Of a stretch of DNA of 64,000 nucleotides, positions 18,986-27,849 are shown in pieces. The position numbers and the translations under genes were made by a program. How positions within the stretch are numbered: the first letter of the stretch is position 1; each line of letters opens with the position of its first letter. This DNA is from an uncultured Acidobacteriota bacterium (GTDB taxonomy: Bacteria; Acidobacteriota; Vicinamibacteria; Vicinamibacterales; SCN-69-37), in NCBI GenBank assembly GCA_963730095.1, contig CAVSQJ010000002.1:1923779-1987778 (forward strand), in the 5' to 3' direction. The notes beneath the pieces were generated by a model. The model made no database searches. It was not told the DNA's origin and was given only the letters and a program-made list of their open reading frames with translations.

Positions 18986-20115
18986 TGACATTGCCTGACT
19001 TGCTGAAGGCGACGCTCGACATGGGAGGCTCGGACCTCCACCTGGCGATTGGCTGTCCGCCGCAGGTGCGCGTGGACGGCGAGCTCACTCGCCTCAAGGA
19101 GGCCGATCTCACGCCCGAGCTGACCAAGGCGCTGGCCTATAGCGTGCTCACCGACGCGCAGAAGAAGAAGTTCGAGGAGATGTGGGAACTGGACCTGGCG
19201 TTCGGTCTGCGCGGCGTCGGCCGCTTCCGCTGCAACGTGTTCAACCAGAAGGGCGCCGTCGGCGCCGTCTACCGGCTGATTCCCGAGCGCATCCGGGCGC
19301 TCGAGGAGCTCGGCCTGCCGCCGGTGCTCGCCGAGCTGGCCGATCGGCCGCGCGGCCTCGTGCTCGTCACCGGGCCGACCGGCTCCGGAAAGTCGACGAC
19401 GCTGGCCGCGATGATCGATCGGATCAACCTCACGCGCCACGCGCACATCCTCACGATCGAGGACCCGATCGAATATCTGCATCAGCACAAGACGGCGCTC
19501 GTCAACCAGCGCGAGCTGCACGCCGACACGCAGAGCTTCACGATGGCGCTGCGCGCCGCCCTCCGCGAGGACCCGGACGTCGTGCTCGTCGGCGAAATGC
19601 GCGACCTCGAGACGATGGAAGCCGCGATGAAGCTCGCGGAAACCGGTCACTTGACGATGGCCACGCTGCACACGAACTCGGCCGCGCAGACCATCACCCG
19701 TATCATCGACGCGTTTCCGGCGCACCAGCAGGCGCAGATCCGCACGCAGCTCTCGCTCGTGCTCGAGGGCATCGTCTGTCAGGCGCTCTTGCCGAAGGCG
19801 GGCGGCTCGGGCCGCGTGGCGGCGCTCGAGATCCTCGTCGCCAACCCGGCCATCCGGAACCTGATCCGCGACGACAAGATCCACCAGATCTACGGCACGA
19901 TGCAGACCGGGCAGGAAAAGTTCGGGATGCAGACGATGAACCAGGCGCTTGCGCGGCTGCTGGAGAAGCGCGTCGTCGCGCGCGAGACGGCGTTCGCGAC
20001 GTCGTCGAACCGCGACGAGCTCATCACGATTCTTGAACGGGGCGCGGGCCCGGTCTCGCCCGCGCTGGCCGGCGCCCGTCCGCGCCCGCCGATGCGGCAG
20101 GAGGTCCTTAAATGA
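18985..20115 (+). CDS. pilT: type IV pilus retraction ATPase PilT
   Basis: 376 aa with GSDLHL, Walker A GPTGSGKST and AIRNLIRDDKIHQI. TGATG overlap with pilB. Confidence 0.92.
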   Translation: MTLPDLLKATLDMGGSDLHLAIGCPPQVRVDGELTRLKEADLTPELTKALAYSVLTDAQKKKFEEMWELDLAFGLRGVGRFRCNVFNQKGAVGAVYRLIPERIRALEELGLPPVLAELADRPRGLVLVTGPTGSGKSTTLAAMIDRINLTRHAHILTIEDPIEYLHQHKTALVNQRELHADTQSFTMALRAALREDPDVVLVGEMRDLETMEAAMKLAETGHLTMATLHTNSAAQTITRIIDAFPAHQQAQIRTQLSLVLEGIVCQALLPKAGGSGRVAALEILVANPAIRNLIRDDKIHQIYGTMQTGQEKFGMQTMNQALARLLEKRVVARETAFATSSNRDELITILERGAGPVSPALAGARPRPPMRQEVLK

Positions 20116-21314
20116 CGACGTATTCTTGGGTCGGAAAGACGCGCGCCGGTCAGATGGTCAGCGGCGAGCGTCAGGCGGAATCAGGCGACGCGCTGACGGT
20201 GGCGCTCCGGCGCGAGCAGATCACCGTCACGAGAGTCGCCGAGGCGCCCAAGAAAGAAGAGAAGTACCGGCGCGTCCCGGACCGGAACCTGGCGGTCTTC
20301 ACCCGCCAGTTCTCGGTCATGATCGACGCCGGTCTGCCGCTCGTGCAGTGCCTCGAGCTGCTCGGCAAGGAAGAGCCGGACAAGCGTCTGTCGGCGGCGA
20401 TTGCCAAGACGCGCGCCGACGTCGAAGCCGGCGCCACGCTGGCTGACTCGATGCAGAAGCGCGACTACGCGTTCGACGCGCTCTACACGCACATGATTGC
20501 CGCCGGCGAGGCTGGCGGTATTCTCGACGTCATCCTCAAGCGCCTCTCGATCTTCATCGAGAAGCAGGCCAAGCTGAAGTCGCAGGTCAAGTCGGCGATG
20601 ATCTACCCGATCTCCGTGCTCTCGATCGCGGCGGTCGTCGTGGTCGTCATCCTGTGGAAGGTCATCCCGACGTTCACCGCACTCTTCGAGGGCCTCGGCG
20701 CTAAGCTGCCGCTCGCGACCCGCGTCGTCATCTGGCTCAGCAAGAAAACGATCATCGGCATGCCGTTCGCGATCGCCGGCGGCTTCGTGTTCGCCTACGT
20801 CTTCCGCCGGTACTACAAGACCGTGTCGGGCCGCGAGCGCGTGGACCGAATCATGCTGAGGGCGCCGCTCGTCGGCAAGATTTTCCGCAAGATCGCGGTC
20901 GCGCGGTTCTGCCGCACGCTCGCGACGCTCCTCAGCTCGGGCGTGCCGATTCTCGACGGGCTCGACATTACGGCCAAGACGTCGGGCAACGCGATCATCG
21001 AGAACGCGATCAAGGGCGTCCGCGCCAAGATCGAACGCGGCGAGACCATCGCGGCACCGCTGCGCGCGACCGGTGTGTTTCCGCCGATGGTCGCCCAGAT
21101 GATTGGCGCAGGCGAGAGCACGGGCGCCCTCGACACGATGCTCGCGAAGATCGCGGACTTCTACGAGGAAGAGGTCGACGTCGCCATCGCGGGCCTGCTC
21201 ACGATTCTGGAGCCCGCGCTGATTTGTGTGCTCGGCGTCATCGTCGGCGGTATCGTCATCTCGATGTACCTGCCGATGTTCGACCTGATCAGTCAGCTGT
21301 CCGGCGGCCACTGA
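20112..21314 (+). CDS. pilC: type IV pilus platform protein PilC (GspF family)
   Basis: 400 aa with two GspF repeats and three TM segments. ATGA overlap with pilT. Confidence 0.92.
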   Translation: MTTYSWVGKTRAGQMVSGERQAESGDALTVALRREQITVTRVAEAPKKEEKYRRVPDRNLAVFTRQFSVMIDAGLPLVQCLELLGKEEPDKRLSAAIAKTRADVEAGATLADSMQKRDYAFDALYTHMIAAGEAGGILDVILKRLSIFIEKQAKLKSQVKSAMIYPISVLSIAAVVVVVILWKVIPTFTALFEGLGAKLPLATRVVIWLSKKTIIGMPFAIAGGFVFAYVFRRYYKTVSGRERVDRIMLRAPLVGKIFRKIAVARFCRTLATLLSSGVPILDGLDITAKTSGNAIIENAIKGVRAKIERGETIAAPLRATGVFPPMVAQMIGAGESTGALDTMLAKIADFYEEEVDVAIAGLLTILEPALICVLGVIVGGIVISMYLPMFDLISQLSGGH

Positions 21315-21478
21315 CGGGAATGGCGACCAATTGGACGGCAGCGCTGTCAAAAGTGTGAGGCAGACTGGCGGTTCCTGTCGGGCGGATGGGGGCCCGGTGA
21401 AGACGCGGGTCTTGAATAACTGACGTAACTTACTGAGTTTAAATAGGTTAGCAAGCATTACAAAGACGGCGGGCACGT

Positions 21479-21494
21479 TGGTATTCGGGTTGCT
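21479..21494 (+). promoter_or_regulatory. candidate sigma-54 (-24/-12) promoter for pilA
   Basis: TGGTAT-TCGGG-TTGCT compared with the consensus TGGCAC-N5-TTGCW. Lies 117 nt upstream of the pilA ATG and is preceded by an AT-rich tract (21410-21465). Confidence 0.45.
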
Positions 21495-21610
21495 ATGTTC
21501 AGACTGCGGCGGCAGTGCCGAAACTCGGGTTCCAGGTGCGCTAACTCCCTGGCGGCGTGACCGCGATGTGGCTTGGTTGAGTGAGTGCAACTTTGAGGAG
21601 AACAACTGAC

Positions 21611-22153
21611 ATGAGAGGCAAAGCTGAGCAGGGTTTTACGCTTATCGAACTGCTGATCGTCGTGGCGATCATCAGCATCATCGCGGCGATCGCGGTGCCG
21701 GGACTTCTGCGTGCCCGTATGACGGGTAACGAGACCTCGGCCATTGCGTCGCTGAAGGTGACGACGTCTTCGCAGGTCGCCTACTCCGCTTCGTGCGGCG
21801 GTGGCGCCTATGCGCAGGACTACCACACCCTCGGCACGCCGCCGAACGGCACGACCGAAGCGTTCATCTCGCAGGACCTCGGCGATCCGCTCGCCCCGGT
21901 GCCTGTGCTGAAGAGCGGCTACGCGTTCCAGCTTGTTGCTGGCGCGAACAACAACGCCGGCCCGAACGACTGCAACGGCACGGCGACGATCACTGCGTGG
22001 TACGCGACGGGCGTGCCGCAGGCGTACGGGACGTCTGGTACGCGTTGCTTCGCAGTGAACGCGGGCAACACGATCTTCCAGGACACGAACAACAACTGCG
22101 CGGCTCCGCCCGAGCCCTTCACGGTCGGCGGAACGATCAGCGTCATCCAGTAG
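21611..22153 (+). CDS. pilA: type IV major pilin (prepilin with class III signal)
   Basis: ATG at 21611 after GAGGAG. Leader MRGKAEQ-G|FTLIELLIVVAIISIIAAIAVPGL. The mature part has four Cys (SASCGG, PNDCNG, GTRCFA, NNNCAA). Confidence 0.9.
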   Translation: MRGKAEQGFTLIELLIVVAIISIIAAIAVPGLLRARMTGNETSAIASLKVTTSSQVAYSASCGGGAYAQDYHTLGTPPNGTTEAFISQDLGDPLAPVPVLKSGYAFQLVAGANNNAGPNDCNGTATITAWYATGVPQAYGTSGTRCFAVNAGNTIFQDTNNNCAAPPEPFTVGGTISVIQ

Positions 22154-22169
22154 TTCACACACACCGACA

Positions 22170-22223
22170 CGAGGCTCCGTGGCTCGGGGATCCGCCCCGG
22201 CCCGGAGCCTCGGGTTGTTTTCG
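22170..22223 (+). terminator. rho-independent terminator after pilA
   Basis: CGAGGCTCCG (22170-79) pairs with CGGAGCCTCG (22203-12), with an inner GC stem. Followed by GGTTGTTTTCG. Confidence 0.65.
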
Positions 22224-22276
22224 ATGCGCGGGCCAGCCCTCCGGCTTGGCCAGCCTGTCCCTTATACTGTCCCCAG

Positions 22277-23515
22277 ATGACTTCCAGGGCACGGCTTCTG
22301 ATTTTGGCGTTTTCCCTGGTCGGGCTGGCATTCGCGGTTGGCTCGGCGTATGTGCACTACCGCGTCCTCACCGATCCGGGCTACATCAGCCCGTGTGACA
22401 TCAACGCGCACTTCAACTGCACGCAGGTCTACCTGAGCCGCTTCGGGACGGTGCGGGGCGTGCCGGTGGCGCTTGGCGGCGTGATCTGGTTTGCGCTGGT
22501 GGCGCTGCTTGCGGCGTTCGCCAAACCGGGCGCCACGGACGGGGCGTCCGCGACTGGCGGGTACATCTTCGCGCTCGCGACGATCGGCCTCGCGACGATT
22601 CTCTATCTGGGTTACGCGTCCTTCTTCATCCTGAAAACGGCCTGTGTGCTCTGCATGGGCACGTACGTCTGCGTCATCGGCATCTTCGTCACGTCCGGTT
22701 TGCAGGCGTCGACCACGTTCAGCGGGCTGCCGGGGCGGCTGATGCGAGATTTGCGAGCGGCGATGGCGAAGCCGGTGTTTCTGACGGTCGCGCTGCTCTA
22801 CATTGCCGGCGCGGCGTCGGCCGTGGCGTTCTTCCCGCGCGAGGGCGCCCAGCCGCAGGCGCAGGCGCCGCCGCCGGTGTCGCAGGATGTCGAGAAGCTG
22901 TTCGCCGACGCGTGGTGGCAGCAGCCGCGCCTCGATCTGGGCGTCCCGACGGACGGCGCCAAGGTCGTGGTCGTCAAGTTCAATGACTGGCTATGCCCGG
23001 CGTGCAGAGCGGCCGAAATAACGTACAAGCCGGTGCTCGACAAATACCAGAAAGACAATCCCGGCGCCGTGAAGTACGTCATCAAGGACTGGCCGTGGAA
23101 CACGGAGTGCAACTTCAACATCGCCAACAGCATCCACGGCCACGAGGGATCGTGCGCGGCGGCGGCTGCCGTGCGCATGGCCAGGGACATGGGCAAGGCC
23201 GACAAGATGATTGAGTGGCTCTTCGCCAACCAGCAGCACCTCGACGAGCTGGGCCTGACCAACGGTCCGGCGGCGGCGACCGTCAAGCAGGGCGCGATCG
23301 ACGTGCTCGGCATCAAGGACTGGGACGCGCAGTACGCGCGCAAGCTGCCAGAGATCCGCCGTGACGTCGCCGACGGCGGCGCGCTGAAGGTCAACTCGAC
23401 GCCGACGTTCTTCATCAACGGCGTGCGCGCGGCCGACGGGCAGGGCAACTATCTGCCGCCACAGTACTTCGATCTCGCGCTCAAGCTGGAGATCGCCAAG
23501 AGCACGGCTAAATAG
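22277..23515 (+). CDS. VKOR (vitamin K epoxide reductase family) fused to a DsbA/thioredoxin-like domain
   Basis: 412 aa. N-terminal 4-5 TM region with loop cysteines (SPCDINAHFNC) and a membrane CxxC (CVLCMG). C-terminal periplasmic Trx-fold with WLCPAC. Confidence 0.85.
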   Translation: MTSRARLLILAFSLVGLAFAVGSAYVHYRVLTDPGYISPCDINAHFNCTQVYLSRFGTVRGVPVALGGVIWFALVALLAAFAKPGATDGASATGGYIFALATIGLATILYLGYASFFILKTACVLCMGTYVCVIGIFVTSGLQASTTFSGLPGRLMRDLRAAMAKPVFLTVALLYIAGAASAVAFFPREGAQPQAQAPPPVSQDVEKLFADAWWQQPRLDLGVPTDGAKVVVVKFNDWLCPACRAAEITYKPVLDKYQKDNPGAVKYVIKDWPWNTECNFNIANSIHGHEGSCAAAAAVRMARDMGKADKMIEWLFANQQHLDELGLTNGPAAATVKQGAIDVLGIKDWDAQYARKLPEIRRDVADGGALKVNSTPTFFINGVRAADGQGNYLPPQYFDLALKLEIAKSTAK

Positions 23516-23521
23516 CCCCGC

Positions 23522-24505
23522 ATGGCGACGGTTGTCCGAACCGATCACCTCACGAAAGACTTCTCCACCGGGTTCTGGCGTCCGCGGCCGCACCGCGCGC
23601 TGGACGCGCTGTCATTCGACATTCCTGCTGGCGGCGTGTTCGGGCTGCTCGGCCCCAACGGCGCGGGCAAATCGACCACGCTGAAACTGCTCGTCGGCTT
23701 GCTCTGGCCGACGTCCGGCACGGCCGAGATTCTGGGCCGGCCGCCCGGCGATGCGCGGGCCCACCAGAGGCTCGGCTTCCTGCCCGAGAATCCGACGTTC
23801 TACGACCACCTGACGGCCGTCGAGCTGCTGGTGTACTTCGCCGGCCTCTTCGGGCATCGCGGCGCGGACGCGCGCGCGCGCGCGGCGCGCGTGCTCGATC
23901 TCGTCGGTCTCGATGAGGCCGCGAGGCGGCGGCCGCTACGGCAGTACTCGAAGGGCATGGTGCAGCGCGTGGGCCTCGCGCAGGCGCTCGTGAACGACCC
24001 GGAGTTCGTCATGCTCGACGAGCCGATGTCCGGCCTCGATCCGGTCGGCCGGCGCGAAATCCGCGACCTGATTCTGCGGCTCCGCGACGAGGGGCGCACC
24101 GTGCTCTTCAGCTCGCACATCTTGTCGGACGCCGAGCTGCTCTGCAGCCGCGTCGGCATCATCGCCCGGGGCCGTCTGGTCGCGGCGGGAACGGTTGCCG
24201 AGCTGGCCTCGGGGACCGCGCGGGGCGGTCATGGCTGGGAAGTCGTGGTCTCGGCGCTGCCTGCGGGCATGGCCGAGCGGCTCGGATCACGCGTGCGCCG
24301 CGCGACAGCCATCGCCGACGGACGCTACAGTCTTGAGCTTGCCGCCGACGTGCGCCCCGAGCCCATCGTCGCCGAGCTGGCGGCCGTGGGCGCCGCGCTT
24401 GTCTCGGTGGCGCCGCTGCGGACGACGCTCGAGGACGTGTTCCTGAAAGCCCTCGAGGCACCAGCAGACTCCGGACCACGGACCGCGGAGGGAGGACGGT
24501 CGTGA
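23522..24505 (+). CDS. ABC transporter ATP-binding protein
   Basis: 327 aa with Walker A GPNGAGKST, signature YSKGMVQR and Walker B VMLDEP. Confidence 0.92.
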   Translation: MATVVRTDHLTKDFSTGFWRPRPHRALDALSFDIPAGGVFGLLGPNGAGKSTTLKLLVGLLWPTSGTAEILGRPPGDARAHQRLGFLPENPTFYDHLTAVELLVYFAGLFGHRGADARARAARVLDLVGLDEAARRRPLRQYSKGMVQRVGLAQALVNDPEFVMLDEPMSGLDPVGRREIRDLILRLRDEGRTVLFSSHILSDAELLCSRVGIIARGRLVAAGTVAELASGTARGGHGWEVVVSALPAGMAERLGSRVRRATAIADGRYSLELAADVRPEPIVAELAAVGAALVSVAPLRTTLEDVFLKALEAPADSGPRTAEGGRS

Positions 24506-25317
24506 GCGCGCGCCGCATCGGCATCGTTGCCTGGCACGTGTTCAAGGAGACCGTCCGCGACCGCGTGCTGTACGCGATCGCTGCGTTCGCGCTCCTCCTG
24601 GTCGCCGCGTCGGCGCTGATCGGCCAGATCACCGCCGGGCAGGACGTGAAGATCATCAAGGACCTCGGGCTCGCCACGATCGAGCTGGCCGGCATCCTGA
24701 TCACGGTGTTCATTGGCGTCGGGCTCGTCGCGCGCGAGATCGAGCGGCGCAGCATCTTCAGCCTGCTCGCGAAGCCGCTGCCGCGCTGGGAATTCGTCGT
24801 CGGCAAGTACGCGGGGCTCGTGCTGACGGTTGCTGTGAACATCGCGGCGATGACCGCGGCGCTCTACGTGATGCTGGCCTGGATGAACTGGGAGTCGTCC
24901 ATCAACCTCCGACGCTCGTGGGACGCGCCGGCCCTGGACGTCCGGCTGCTGATCTCCGTGCTGCTGATATTCGCGGAGATGGCGCTCTTGACGGCGATCG
25001 CGCTCTTCTTTTCGACGTTCTCGTCGAGGGCGTTGTGGTCGGTCGTGTTCACGCTGGGATTTTTCGTCGCCGGGCTCGAGAGCGATGACCTGCGCAACTT
25101 CGGCAACATCGTCGACGCGCCCGTGATGGGGCACATCGTGTCGGCCGTCGGCTGGGTGATACCGGCGTTTTCCGCGTTCGACGTGAAGGCGCAAGTCGTG
25201 CACGGCATCCACGTGCCCGCGGGTTACGTGTTCGGCACGCTGCTCTATGCCGCGATCTACATCGGGGTGGCGATTGCGGCGGCCATCGGCGTGTTGTCGC
25301 GGCGAGAGTTCAAGTGA
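24502..25317 (+). CDS. ABC-2 type transporter permease
   Basis: 271 aa with ~6 TM helices. GTGA overlap with the ATPase gene. Confidence 0.8.
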   Translation: MSARRIGIVAWHVFKETVRDRVLYAIAAFALLLVAASALIGQITAGQDVKIIKDLGLATIELAGILITVFIGVGLVAREIERRSIFSLLAKPLPRWEFVVGKYAGLVLTVAVNIAAMTAALYVMLAWMNWESSINLRRSWDAPALDVRLLISVLLIFAEMALLTAIALFFSTFSSRALWSVVFTLGFFVAGLESDDLRNFGNIVDAPVMGHIVSAVGWVIPAFSAFDVKAQVVHGIHVPAGYVFGTLLYAAIYIGVAIAAAIGVLSRREFK

Positions 25318-26210
25318 GCGCGCGCTTTCGCAGCGTCGTCGTGCTGGCGGTCGTGGTCGTCGGGCTCGCGCTGGCCGCGCTGACGCTGCGTCTCCGGGAC
25401 GAACGGTACATGCTGCCTGCCGCCGGCGGGCAGGCGATGTACCTGCGCTCGGGTGCCACCGCGTCGCGCCTGATGCTGTCGTTCAAAGCGATCGCGGCCG
25501 ACGTGTACTGGATGCGCACCATTCAGTACTACGGGCGCGAGCGCAAGTCGACGGCGCAGACCGGGCGCTTTGCGTTGCTCAATCCGCTCCTCGATCTGAC
25601 GACGACGCTCGATCCCCGGTTCAACATCGTTTATCGATTTGGCGCGATCTTTCTGTCGATCGACCCGCCCGACGGACCCGCGCAGCCACCCGAGGCGATC
25701 GCGCTCCTCCAGAAGGGCCTCGCCGCCAATCCCACACGCTGGCAGTACGCGCACGACATCGGCTTCGTCCACTACTTTCACACGGGCAACATGGCCGAGG
25801 CGGCCAGGTGGTTCGAGGCGGCGAGCGACATGCCCGGCGCACCCTCGTGGATGCGGACGCTCGCGGCGACGACTCTGGCCGAGGGCGGCAATCGCGACGC
25901 GGCACGAACCATCCTCGAAGAGCTGCTGAAATCGGAAGACAAGTACATTCGGGTCTCCGCCGGACGAACGCTCACGCAGCTCCACGCGCTCGATGATCTC
26001 GATCAGCTGCAAGCGCTGGTCGCGGCCTATGCGGCGCGCCTCGGGAGCTATCCACCGGACATGCTGACGCTGATGCGAGCCGCCGGCTATTCCGGCGTGC
26101 CCACCGACCCCGCGCGTGTGCCCTACGTCTACGATTCGACGACACACATCGTGTCGGTGTCGCCCCGTTCGCCTCTCAATCCTATGCCGAAGGGGTTCCG
26201 CGCCAAGTGA
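25314..26210 (+). CDS. membrane-anchored helical-repeat (TPR-like) protein, function unknown
   Basis: 298 aa with an N-terminal TM (VVVLAVVVVGLALAAL) and a helical-repeat body (...YWMRTIQYYG...). GTGA overlaps on both sides, with the permease and with pilD. Confidence 0.7.
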   Translation: MSARFRSVVVLAVVVVGLALAALTLRLRDERYMLPAAGGQAMYLRSGATASRLMLSFKAIAADVYWMRTIQYYGRERKSTAQTGRFALLNPLLDLTTTLDPRFNIVYRFGAIFLSIDPPDGPAQPPEAIALLQKGLAANPTRWQYAHDIGFVHYFHTGNMAEAARWFEAASDMPGAPSWMRTLAATTLAEGGNRDAARTILEELLKSEDKYIRVSAGRTLTQLHALDDLDQLQALVAAYAARLGSYPPDMLTLMRAAGYSGVPTDPARVPYVYDSTTHIVSVSPRSPLNPMPKGFRAK

Positions 26211-26977
26211 CGCTCGTGCCACTGGCGATCATCGGCATCCTCGGCCTGATGCTCGGCAGCTTTTTCAATGTGTGTATCGCGCGGCTGCCGCAGGGCGAGT
26301 CGATCGTCTCTCCGCCGTCGCACTGCCCGAAGTGCCAGACGCCGATTCGCTGGTACGACAACCTGCCGGTCGTGAGCTACGTGCTGCTCGGCGCGAAGTG
26401 CCGGGCGTGCCGTGCGCCGATCAGCCTTCGGTATCCGATCGTCGAAGTCGTGACCGCGCTGGCATTCGTGGCGCAGGCGGCGATGTTTCTCGACCAGCCC
26501 GTGCTGCTCGCGTCGCGGCTCGTGTTCACGTCGATTCTGATCGTTCTCTTCGGCACGGACATGGACACGCAGCGTCTGCCTGACGTCATCACGCTGCCGG
26601 CCATCATCGTCGGCGTAATCTTCAGCGCGTTCGCGCCGCCCGGGCTGGTCGCGAGCCTGATTGGCGCCGCCCTTGGCGCGGCCATCCTGCAGGCCGTGCG
26701 CTGGCTGTGGCGGCGGCTGCGCGGCGTCGAAGGCATGGGCTTCGGCGACGTGAAGATGCTCGCCGCAATCGGCGCGTTCCTCGGCTGGCGCCAGGTGTGG
26801 GTCGTGCTGTTTCTCGCGAGCCTGACGGGCGCGATCGTCGGCGTCGCCGTGTCACTCGGGCGCGGACGCTCCATGCAAACGCGCTTGCCCTTCGGCACGT
26901 TCCTCGCGCTCGCGGCCTACGCCGCGTCTCTCTTCGGGGAACGACTGCTCGCGTGGTACCTGGGCTTGTACGCGTGA
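26207..26977 (+). CDS. pilD: prepilin peptidase / N-methyltransferase (A24 family)
   Basis: 256 aa with a zinc-finger region (CPKC...CRAC), the aspartyl motif GFGDVKMLAAIGAFLG and multiple TM helices. Confidence 0.92.
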   Translation: MTLVPLAIIGILGLMLGSFFNVCIARLPQGESIVSPPSHCPKCQTPIRWYDNLPVVSYVLLGAKCRACRAPISLRYPIVEVVTALAFVAQAAMFLDQPVLLASRLVFTSILIVLFGTDMDTQRLPDVITLPAIIVGVIFSAFAPPGLVASLIGAALGAAILQAVRWLWRRLRGVEGMGFGDVKMLAAIGAFLGWRQVWVVLFLASLTGAIVGVAVSLGRGRSMQTRLPFGTFLALAAYAASLFGERLLAWYLGLYA

Positions 26978-27270
26978 CGCGCCCCGGGCACTCGGGCTCG
27001 GCTGACGGCCTCGCCGGCGGCCTTACATAACCGTAACGCTCCAGCAAATCCCGGGCCTCTCGTGCGGTCCAGGGCCGCGCTTCCGGCCTGAATCCACCAT
27101 CCAGGTCGCGCGGTCGCTGGAACGATCCTTGCGCCTGAACCCTGGTCTCCCGCGCGGCAGGAACTGCGATCCGGCCAGACCGTGAGGTACGCACTTTCTG
27201 CGACGCCCTCGCGTTTCAGGCCGGAAACAGCGGGCCGACGATGGATCGTCCGTTGCTTTGATCGGACGCC

Positions 27271-27843
27271 ATGCGGAAGGCGGGTGACGCGGGATTCAGT
27301 CTCGTGGAAGTGCTGGTGGCGATGTTGATCATCACGCCGGCGGCGATTGGCGCGGCGGGTCTGGTGACGGTCGCTGTCGCCGCGGTGCGCGACGCGCGAG
27401 TCGAATCGACGGCCGTCGTGCTCGCGTCGCAGAAGCTCGAACAACTGCGCACGCTCGAGTGGAACGCGGACGATCTGGGGCGCGGAGGATCGGTGACGAG
27501 CGATATGGCGACGGACCTGACGCGTGACCCGGCGACGAGAGGCGGCGCCGGGTTGAGCGCCTCGCCGGCTGGCACGCTCGCGGGCAACCTGCCGGGCTTC
27601 GTCGACTATCTGGACGCCGCCGGCGCGTGGATAGGTACCGGGCCGATGCCGCCGCCGCGGGCAGTGTTCATCCGGCGATGGGCGGTGACGCCCCTGCCGG
27701 ACGATCCGGCGGACACGCTGGTGCTTCAGGTGCTCGTGACCAACGTCACGCGCGACGCCGGTGTTCGGCATGGTCCGGGCAGGCGCGCGAGGCTTGGGAG
27801 CGAAGCGCTCGTGACGACGATTCGGACGCGGACGTCGAGGTAG
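27271..27843 (+). CDS. minor pilin (prepilin-type N-terminal cleavage/methylation domain; PilV/GspI-like)
   Basis: Leader MRKAGDA-G|FSLVEVLVAMLII. 190 aa. Confidence 0.8.
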   Translation: MRKAGDAGFSLVEVLVAMLIITPAAIGAAGLVTVAVAAVRDARVESTAVVLASQKLEQLRTLEWNADDLGRGGSVTSDMATDLTRDPATRGGAGLSASPAGTLAGNLPGFVDYLDAAGAWIGTGPMPPPRAVFIRRWAVTPLPDDPADTLVLQVLVTNVTRDAGVRHGPGRRARLGSEALVTTIRTRTSR

Positions 27844-27849
27844 AGGGAC

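Noticed and set aside
21315-22276. The lower-GC pilA region considered as a horizontally acquired island.
   Set aside because: There is no integrase, tRNA or direct-repeat border. Pilin genes and their promoters are commonly AT-shifted, and the flanking pil genes are contiguous and coupled.
27020-27110. Minus-strand peptide ...PWTAREARDLLERYGYV... in the pilD / minor-pilin spacer, reminiscent of the N-terminus of HicA-type toxins.
   Set aside because: The match is very short and recognised only from memory. There is no start-to-stop gene of the proper length (the frame runs into pilD antisense) and no antitoxin partner. At best it is a decayed remnant.
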